This document shows, piece by piece, positions 57,169 through 64,000 of a stretch of 64,000 nucleotides of DNA (positions within the stretch are counted from its first letter, which is position 1; each line of letters opens with the position of its first letter). The stretch comes from Candidatus Latescibacterota bacterium (GTDB lineage: Bacteria; Latescibacterota; UBA2968; GCA-2709665): positions 4,320,001-4,384,000 of the forward strand of contig OZ220733.1 in NCBI GenBank assembly GCA_965116875.1. The letters run 5' to 3'. A program made the position numbers and the translations under genes. The notes under the pieces were generated by a model. It worked only from the letters and a program-made list of their open reading frames with translations, was not told where the DNA came from and made no database searches.

Positions 57169-58240
57169 GTGACGTTGATGGTTCGAAGCTTTGCCATTTT
57201 GGTCCTGTCAGGTTTTTTCAGTGCCGTATCCGCCCAGCTACCGCCGGATATCCTCGTGGACAAACACCTGATTCACGCGGATCAACTTCACGCCGCGAAG
57301 GACTTTGCGGCCGCCTTCAACGTGATGCAGAAGATCGTCGCGCTGCAAAAAGCGCACAATCTTGCGGTGCCCGACGAGTTTCACTTCAAGTATGCGCAGG
57401 TGGCCCTGTCGGCGGACTCCATGCGAATCGCGCTGGAGTCGGTGACCAGGTACCTGGCGGCAACGGGGAAAGAGGGACAGCATTACCAGGAGGCGCTGAA
57501 GGTGATGCTCAAGGCCGAGGGGAACGAGGTCCTGTCTCTCGACGTCATCAAGGCTCAGGGGACGTGCGAAGGATTGCCAGGGGGCTCGAGTTGCTGGATG
57601 GCGTTGACCAACCATTCCGATTGTTACGTTTGGAACGCCGATCTATCCCCTGGCCAAAGCGTTATCTGGGATGGCAGGTGTGCAGGTCACGTGGCGGAGG
57701 GAGAGGGCACGCTCACCTGGTATTACATCGTAGATAGAAACGGTAGCCAGACAAAAAAAAAGGGAAACGAAAGCACGGGGCGCTTGAAGAGCGGCAAGAA
57801 GGAGGGGAAGTGGGTTTCGTCCCCGCTTTATACCGCCTTCAATGCAAAAAGGGGACATTGGAGTGTTGCCGAAACTTACCACTTTAAAGGCAGGAAGGAT
57901 ATTTTGATCGTGTGGTGGCGGGGGGCAGCCGTCACTGAGGCTGTCAGGAATGTTGCAGACATACGATCCGAGAATTTCCACCACGCAACAATAGACCTGT
58001 ACATTGACGGGGACACGACCGAACGTATTTCAATACAAGGCCTTGATGCAAACTGGACGATCGAAATTTGTAGGTCCTGACGAGACAGTCAGCGGCCGAA
58101 TTGTCATCCGCACTCCGGACGGGCGCGAATGGGGAGGTCAATATGTGAACGGCAGGAGGCATGGTCATTGGATTAACCTTGATTCAGCATATCTGAGCTA
58201 CGTTAACCTGGAAATATACGCAAGAACACGGGCATTTTGA
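57169..58240 (+). CDS. Secreted TPR-like N-domain, Cys motif and MORN-like repeat protein; C-terminus probably frameshifted near 58065
   Basis: Main ORF 57169-58080; the overlapping frame to 58240 carries a further MORN-like unit GQYVNGRRHGHW; paralog of 61900 and 62946. Confidence 0.7.
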
Positions 58241-59270
58241 TGTCGAGAATACACGATTCTTCGGCTCACTGGACGGTGACGGAATCACAATATATTTTTA
58301 TAGTAGACATATCTGTTTTCAAGCGACTTATCTATGATCTGGACCGTATATTTCTGAGGAATCAAGGTTAACCGTGAAGGCATAGACTGGAGAAGTAAGG
58401 GAGAATACATTCGCGGGAAGAGAGATGGCGATTGGCTGGCATTCTCCGGCGAATCGTGCAGGGCAATGACCTTTCGACAAGGCGAAGAGGTTGCGTCACA
58501 GCAAGTCGCCGAGTCGAAGTGCGAGGGCTGGTAACTGGATCGGATCCCATCACGAAACCGACGTCCGCGACAGCCTGGTGCAAACGAACGGCAGCAACGG
58601 ATCAAGCGCGGGTTCGGAGGAAATCGTGAAGGTGTTGGCGTCTGATCAACCCAATCCCACGCGATTGTCGTTCTAATGACGCAAATTGTGTCACGTACAA
58701 CTTTCGTAATGTGTACCATCAGTCGCAAATCGCAGCACAACCTTGCCATTGTGCCGCCTCCATTTCGATCCATTGAGACAGCACCCGCCTTGAGATTGCA
58801 CAGATGCAGGACTGTCCGAATACACGCATTAACGCATCTGAAGAAAGGACCTTCTCATGCCACCGTGATCCACTCACCATCCTGTGTATTGTGTCCAATT
58901 TTGGACCGGCGCTATGTAAAACAGCAAAAACGGGGTTGATACAATCTTTAAATGTCGCTCAGCCATAAAATTCAGCATTGGCACTATTGGAAAGAAATCC
59001 AAGCGAGCCAGAAAATGTGCTAAGGAGTATTAATTCGACATTCCAGATCCTCGTGTACAGTGTCAACTGCAACAGCAAGTGGGTGCTATTCTCAATTCTC
59101 CCGCCACGCTAATTTCTTTGTGCTCGCGAAGAACATCCTTGAAGAATTGGACTCAACTCCAGCAGACCGAATCATTCAATACACTGACACGGATTGAACG
59201 CCTTCTACAAAAGACTCGTGGTACATAACACACCTCCTCAAATCAGAATCAACTTAAAGGAGATTAGACT

Positions 59271-59687
59271 ATGGACACGTGGATCATCGTGGCATTTGTC
59301 TTGTGGATCGTGGCGAGTGTATTGCAATTAATACACAGTATTCCACGTCGGTGGAAGGGCACCATTTCTATCTTTCTTGCATTGACTGGAATAGGGGCCA
59401 CTTACGTGTGGGCAGATAAGGAGATTAAAGGGGAAATAACCGCCTTGGTACAAAAAAACATGGCACTGATTAAGCAAGATAGCCTTTTCGCGGCTTCGCA
59501 AGACTCAATGCTGCGTTCACATCGACTGATGAGATTGAATCTCGTGAAAGCCGTGGCTATGCACGACAGCATTCTGATGCGGATTTCTCGGCTTGACAGT
59601 TGCATCGACAGGCACTTTCAGCACGAAATAGACGGATCTCAAACATTAAAAGATAATTGGATAATCGAGGGATGGTCGTGCACCTGA
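59271..59687 (+). CDS. Hypothetical protein with two N-terminal TM helices (low GC)
   Basis: RBS AGGAG; two hydrophobic segments followed by a helical region. Confidence 0.6.
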   Translation: MDTWIIVAFVLWIVASVLQLIHSIPRRWKGTISIFLALTGIGATYVWADKEIKGEITALVQKNMALIKQDSLFAASQDSMLRSHRLMRLNLVKAVAMHDSILMRISRLDSCIDRHFQHEIDGSQTLKDNWIIEGWSCT

Positions 59688-59778
59688 TGCTGAAGCCTCC
59701 GTGTACAACGACCGCAATAGACTAGGTCTTTGTCGAAATGAGCAGTCCAGAAAATCCGAAACCTCGTCGGAGGGAAAT

Positions 59779-60000
59779 ATGCGCTCATTCCAATGGAGAA
59801 CGTGCGATTGGCTAAGGGTTGTCTGGTGTGATAACGGCACGCCATTCGATCTTACCATAAGACCAGTCGCCAAGGTAGAATGTCTTTTTACATGTGGCGA
59901 TTCGATGTATAAAGCAGGCGCAAATGTGCCATGTGAAAGGGAAACGTGCAAGAATCCAAACAAGAGAAGCGGGCGTCCCCAATATGTCAAGGGCAACTAA
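59779..60000 (+). CDS. Possible small Cys-rich protein (73 aa, 6 Cys)
   Basis: GGAGGG-AAAT-ATG; no recognisable family. Confidence 0.35.
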   Translation: MRSFQWRTCDWLRVVWCDNGTPFDLTIRPVAKVECLFTCGDSMYKAGANVPCERETCKNPNKRSGRPQYVKGN

Positions 60001-60095
60001 CCTGATTAATTCATGAATCGTGAGGAAATGCAATTTACGGAAGCAGAAGGAGCTTCCGTGTGATTTGAGAAATGAAAGCGCCGCGGCGGTGACGT

Positions 60096-61052
60096 ATGTC
60101 ACGAGATTATCCACCAAAGATCCATCCAATTGAGTCCGGCAGCATCATCAATCAGAAAGTCCCTTGGTACCTGATCTGGTACCATTTCCAAAGTATTGCG
60201 CAGGCCGGGAAATACACCGTTCTATCCACACCAAAGAATAACAAAGCCCTGATCTTCGCATCTGGTGAGGGCAATCAGAAGAAAGCAGTCGCTATTGAAC
60301 CCCTTCCTGCCGGGTTCGAGCACGCGGGCGGAATCGGAGTTTTGAAAATCAGTGACGAAGGATGGATTATCGCGGTGCCCGTTTGGGTTAAGTCTTCCAA
60401 TAATGAGGGTGCAATCTTGCATTACTTCCTCCCCCAAAAGGGCGGTATTGAATCGATGGAATGTGTCGGGATCACTGAGGTTTCCGGCACGAGGGTTTAC
60501 GCCGTGGGAATTACTCAATATCAAGATTCTGTGTTAATCGCCGCTGTGATTGACGATAAAGGGAAAAAGATCGCATTCCTGACCAGCAAGGATTCGAGTG
60601 GTGACCGCGGATATCGCCAATTGGGTGACGTCTGGAATGCGCAAACTGCCATCAAGGGCGGATGGTCTCCGGATAGAAACTGGGGACCCTATCCAAATAG
60701 CATTTCGCTGATCAATTGTGGGCACAAGATCTATCTTGTGGGAATGCGCAACGGTTGGGCAGGTTTCGGTAAGGATTCGGCGGACATTTACGACGTAAAT
60801 CTGGAAGGAAACGCCAGCAACAGGCGCCTGACCAAGAAGCAACACTTCCATGCCCATTGTAATGAACCCTCGTTTCGTTGGGGCGCCAGTACAAGCATAC
60901 ATAGTGGGCTTGTCGAAATTCTGACTGTCGAGCGCAATTTTAAGAATCGCGTCCGTTATGACAGATTCCGCCTCGATTTCGACTGTGAATCTCATTCAAG
61001 TCCATTGCGGCCACATGAAATTCCAATAGACAGAGTGGACATCTCTGACTGA
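60096..61052 (+). CDS. Hypothetical beta-rich protein (low GC)
   Basis: 318-aa ORF in an AT-richer region where long ORFs are unlikely by chance; HFQSIA and HAGGIG motifs; possibly a beta-propeller. Confidence 0.65.
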   Translation: MSRDYPPKIHPIESGSIINQKVPWYLIWYHFQSIAQAGKYTVLSTPKNNKALIFASGEGNQKKAVAIEPLPAGFEHAGGIGVLKISDEGWIIAVPVWVKSSNNEGAILHYFLPQKGGIESMECVGITEVSGTRVYAVGITQYQDSVLIAAVIDDKGKKIAFLTSKDSSGDRGYRQLGDVWNAQTAIKGGWSPDRNWGPYPNSISLINCGHKIYLVGMRNGWAGFGKDSADIYDVNLEGNASNRRLTKKQHFHAHCNEPSFRWGASTSIHSGLVEILTVERNFKNRVRYDRFRLDFDCESHSSPLRPHEIPIDRVDISD

Positions 61053-61154
61053 TGTAGCTCCAACTTAGACTGTGTGGAGACCGGTATGCGCGTTTGTTAG
61101 CATTTGGGTGGTTTGAAAAGGGAAATGGCGACGCACGACTTAAGGACACGAGCC

Positions 61155-61632
61155 ATGCGATATTTTATCGTACTCTTTGTCGTTGTAATCATGTTAGGGT
61201 TCTTCGCCGATCCATCCGTCAAACCTCCTCCCGAAATCATGGCGGTGCCTATCTGCTGCAAGTGGAGCAGCCGATTCGCGACGGGGATCTTGACCGGGGC
61301 AGGACTGTGATTCGCAAGATTCGCGCCGTGAAGAACCAGCACGAATTGGACCTGGAGGTTGAGTTTACTTCAGGTACGCCCGCGCCGCAGACGCTCTCCA
61401 CTTGTCGGATGTGGCGCTTGAATCCATCGTGAAGTACCCGGCTGCGGCAGGACGCGAGGGCAAACACGATGTCGAGACTCTCACATTGATGAACCAGGCG
61501 CAGTTCACGGTGGGTTGCACGGGTGGGGACACGGAAGAATAGTACAAAACCGCGACCCTCGATGAGGTAACGGCCTGTATTGACATGGGTATCGAAGCGA
61601 AAGTGAAGGACGATTCCGGCGTTACGCCGGGC
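61155..61632 (+). pseudogene. Decayed paralog: signal peptide, TPR-like N-domain and the start of an ankyrin-repeat region
   Basis: Reconstructed across two frameshifts and a TAG: PPEIMA / YLLQVEQ.IRDGD...QHELDLEVEF / FRYARAA...ALESIVKY..AAGREGKH...LTLMNQ...C.G.DTEE*YKTATLDEVTACIDMG....KDDSGVTP. Confidence 0.75.
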
Positions 61633-61899
61633 AGTGAAATATTCCGAATACGCGGATTTTATTATTGTCCCGCTCGATGCGCCGAGTCGATGGAGTGTAA
61701 GATCATGCGTGCGCGAACCAACGGAGCGCCAACCTATCGCGCCGATAGAAACCCGTCCCGCCAACAACGCCGCGGTCAGACTCGCCACCGGTCAGGATAC
61801 CGGGTTCGATCATCAACAGCGCTCATCCAATCATATGTCGCCCTCCCGTAGAGTTTCCCTGAGCGCAATGACGTCCGGGTGCCTGGTAGAAGAAGCCAA

Positions 61900-62778
61900 A
61901 TGGATTTAACCATGCGTAGCCCGACCCGAGCCTGTGCTTTTTTATGGGGTACAGCATTTTCCACGGCCGTATGTCTGTCCGTCGTGCACGCCTCGATCGA
62001 TTTGCCGCCGGAGATGAAGGCGGATAAGTATCTGATCAAGTCGGAGCAATTGCATGCAAAAGAAGACTATGCAGGGGCTCTCAGAGTAATGGAAGAGATC
62101 ATCGCCCTGCAAAAGGAACACGAATTCAAACTGCCGGACGCCTTTCACTTCAAGTATGCGCGCGCTGCCCTCTCCGCGGGTTCGGTCAAGACCGCTTTGG
62201 AATCGATCGGCAAGTATCTGTCAAATACGGGGAGAGAGGGCGAATTCTACAGGGACGCGTTGGCGTTATTGCTTGAGCTCGAAGAAACGCAGATCAGTGC
62301 CGAACAAACCTGCACCGGTAAGCCGGAAGGCGCCCTGTGCTGGAAGGAATTGGCCAACCATCCCCAATGTTATATCTGGGACGACTATTACTACGAGGAC
62401 CAGACGGTAACTTGGTCCGGCAAGCGTTACGGACGCTTAGCGCACGGCGACGGGACGCTGACCTGGACCTGGGGCGACGACAAGTTATCCCATACAGGTC
62501 GCCTTGAAAGAGGAAAGAAGCAAGGCCGGTGGGTCGAGCGAGGCAATGCGACGCACGAAGGTCCTTACGTGGATGGGAAACCACACGGGCATTGGGTAGT
62601 ACGGTGGGATGACGGAGACAAAGAAAAACGCTTTTATTCTGCAGGAAAAAAACAAGGCAGATGGTTGAGTTTCAGATCAGTGAGACCGGCCGGTGAAAGA
62701 TGCAGGTCTGCTATATTTCGAAATGATGTTCAAGTAACGGAATGGAGTTACGTATATGACTCAATGTGTGACTTCTGA
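61900..62778 (+). CDS. Secreted TPR-like N-domain, Cys motif and MORN-like repeat protein
   Basis: LPPEMKADKYL, FHFKYA, GREGEFY..AL, CTGKPEG..CW.EL.NHP.CYIW, G.GTLTW, EGPYVDGKPHGHWV; start 61900 or 61912. Confidence 0.8.
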   Translation: MDLTMRSPTRACAFLWGTAFSTAVCLSVVHASIDLPPEMKADKYLIKSEQLHAKEDYAGALRVMEEIIALQKEHEFKLPDAFHFKYARAALSAGSVKTALESIGKYLSNTGREGEFYRDALALLLELEETQISAEQTCTGKPEGALCWKELANHPQCYIWDDYYYEDQTVTWSGKRYGRLAHGDGTLTWTWGDDKLSHTGRLERGKKQGRWVERGNATHEGPYVDGKPHGHWVVRWDDGDKEKRFYSAGKKQGRWLSFRSVRPAGERCRSAIFRNDVQVTEWSYVYDSMCDF

Positions 62779-62945
62779 CGGAATCGGCTCCGACATTTGG
62801 GAGTACGGGCATGGACTGCAGTTGGATTATAGAAAACGGATCGCGTAGATCGCACCAAATTCAGGGAACATCCGGGTGCAGATTCGGCAGTTCGCCCGGG
62901 CAGACGTCGCGTGTATCCAGGTAAATGGAGCGGAGGAGAAACACC

Positions 62946-63842
62946 ATGCGGCATTTCGCAGGTAGCATTTATCTCCTGATCCTGATCGGGACCTTCACCG
63001 AGGCATCTGCCGAGTTGCCACCGAAGGTCCTGGCGGACAAATATCTGATGGAGGCGGAACAGCTTGTTGAGATAAAGCATTACAACGATGCGCTAAAACT
63101 CCTGGATAGGATTATCGCGCTGCAACGGGAGCACGGTTTCGACCTGCGCGACGAGTTCAATTTCAAGCGTGCGAAGATTGCCTTTGCGGCGGGGTTGGTC
63201 CCAATGGCGATTGAATCGGTGACCGCGTATCTGTCAACAGGAAATGAAGGTGCGTTCTACAAAGAGGCACTCGCACTGCTGATCAAGGCCGAAAAAGAGA
63301 TGCAAAAGATGCACGAGGTCGAAATCACCCCCGACAATACATGTGCGGGCAAGCTTGAAGGCGGCAGTTGTTGGATGGCGTTGGCCGATCGCCCGGAATG
63401 CTATGTCTGGAACCCAAACCCTCAAAAGGACGAATCCGTGACATGGTCCGGCGCGTGTCTCGGAAACGTGGCTCGGGGTGAGGGAACGCTTACGTGGGCT
63501 GTTGCTGACGCGGACTCGATCAAAATCAGCCAGACGTCAACGGGCCGCCTGCGTAACGGCAAGTTTCACGGTGATTGGATCTCACATGATGCGGACGGAG
63601 ACGTTTCCGAAGGTACATTTGCGGATGGCGTTAGACATGGGACTTTTGTCTGGCGAAAAATCTATCAAGATAGGATGATCCAGGGATCAAAAGGGAAATA
63701 TGTACACGGTAAATCAGAAGGCAGATGGTTGTATTATGATCCTGAATGGAAGACCTGTAGTTCGAGAATATTTCGTCAAGGTGAAGCAATTTCCGAGCAA
63801 CAGGAAGTCAATCTGGAGAATTGTCAACGAGAAACGTGGTGA
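62946..63842 (+). CDS. Secreted TPR-like N-domain, Cys motif and MORN-like repeat protein
   Basis: RBS GGAGGAG; LPPKVLADKYL, CAGKLEG.SCWMAL...P.CYVW, G.GTLTW, EGTFADGVRHG and KGKYVHGKSEGRW. Confidence 0.82.
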   Translation: MRHFAGSIYLLILIGTFTEASAELPPKVLADKYLMEAEQLVEIKHYNDALKLLDRIIALQREHGFDLRDEFNFKRAKIAFAAGLVPMAIESVTAYLSTGNEGAFYKEALALLIKAEKEMQKMHEVEITPDNTCAGKLEGGSCWMALADRPECYVWNPNPQKDESVTWSGACLGNVARGEGTLTWAVADADSIKISQTSTGRLRNGKFHGDWISHDADGDVSEGTFADGVRHGTFVWRKIYQDRMIQGSKGKYVHGKSEGRWLYYDPEWKTCSSRIFRQGEAISEQQEVNLENCQRETW

Positions 63843-64000
63843 GCGAATCTGAAGGATTCACGGCTCCAATGGGATCGCAGGCGCGGCTCTCGTGCGAAGG
63901 ATTCCGAAAGGGCTCGGGCTTTTTTCGCAGGTGGTATTGTATCATAGGTCAATGGGCACACGATTATCGCTTACCTGACGCAAATTGCATCAGCCAAGAG

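Noticed and set aside
57753-57761. A9 tract as a phase-variation switch
   Set aside because: The frame after the tract matches the paralogs, and the apparent frameshift is about 300 bp downstream.
58285-58352. Fourth phased-box promoter
   Set aside because: Only a single TCACAA box; no 11-bp repeat, and the TATATT offset is 62 rather than 58.
57169-63842. Diversity-generating retroelement acting on the MORN paralogs
   Set aside because: No reverse transcriptase and no template/variable repeat pair differing only at adenines was found in the window.

Overview
GC-rich bacterial chromosomal window in two parts. About 1-33.3 kb is housekeeping and catabolic: a MaoC/CitE/CoA-transferase triad, SBP56, a heparinase II/III-like gene, a Nudix hydrolase, a SelA-like PLP enzyme, M20 hydrolases, nadB, guaA, PhyH-HEAT, an enolase-superfamily gene, glnA, hrcA-grpE-dnaJ, metG, mraY and ggt, interspersed with three families of short TIR elements and REP-like palindromes. 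About 33.7-64 kb is an accessory region of secreted or surface proteins: FN3/Ig/dockerin, two peptidase-WD40-dockerin proteins, an Ig-repeat protein, FlgD-type CTD proteins and a TPR-like/MORN/ankyrin paralog family. These are interleaved with two soluble GAF-PAS-HK-REC-wHTH regulators and one kinase-less PAS-REC-wHTH derivative. The gene content resembles FCB-group (Latescibacterota/Gemmatimonadota-like) sponge symbionts; this is inference only. The two strongest unannotated signals are: (1) three AT-rich promoters with the same architecture, phased 11-bp TCAC(G) boxes with a TATATT -10 exactly 58 bp after the first box, each heading one secreted-protein cluster, a candidate regulon of the local wHTH regulators; and (2) a complete candidate ribosome-mediated attenuator in front of metG (sigma70 promoter, Met-cluster leader peptide, alternative stems, intrinsic terminator). 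No rRNA, tRNA, CRISPR array, transposase or reverse transcriptase was seen. All calls were made by eye, without database searches.
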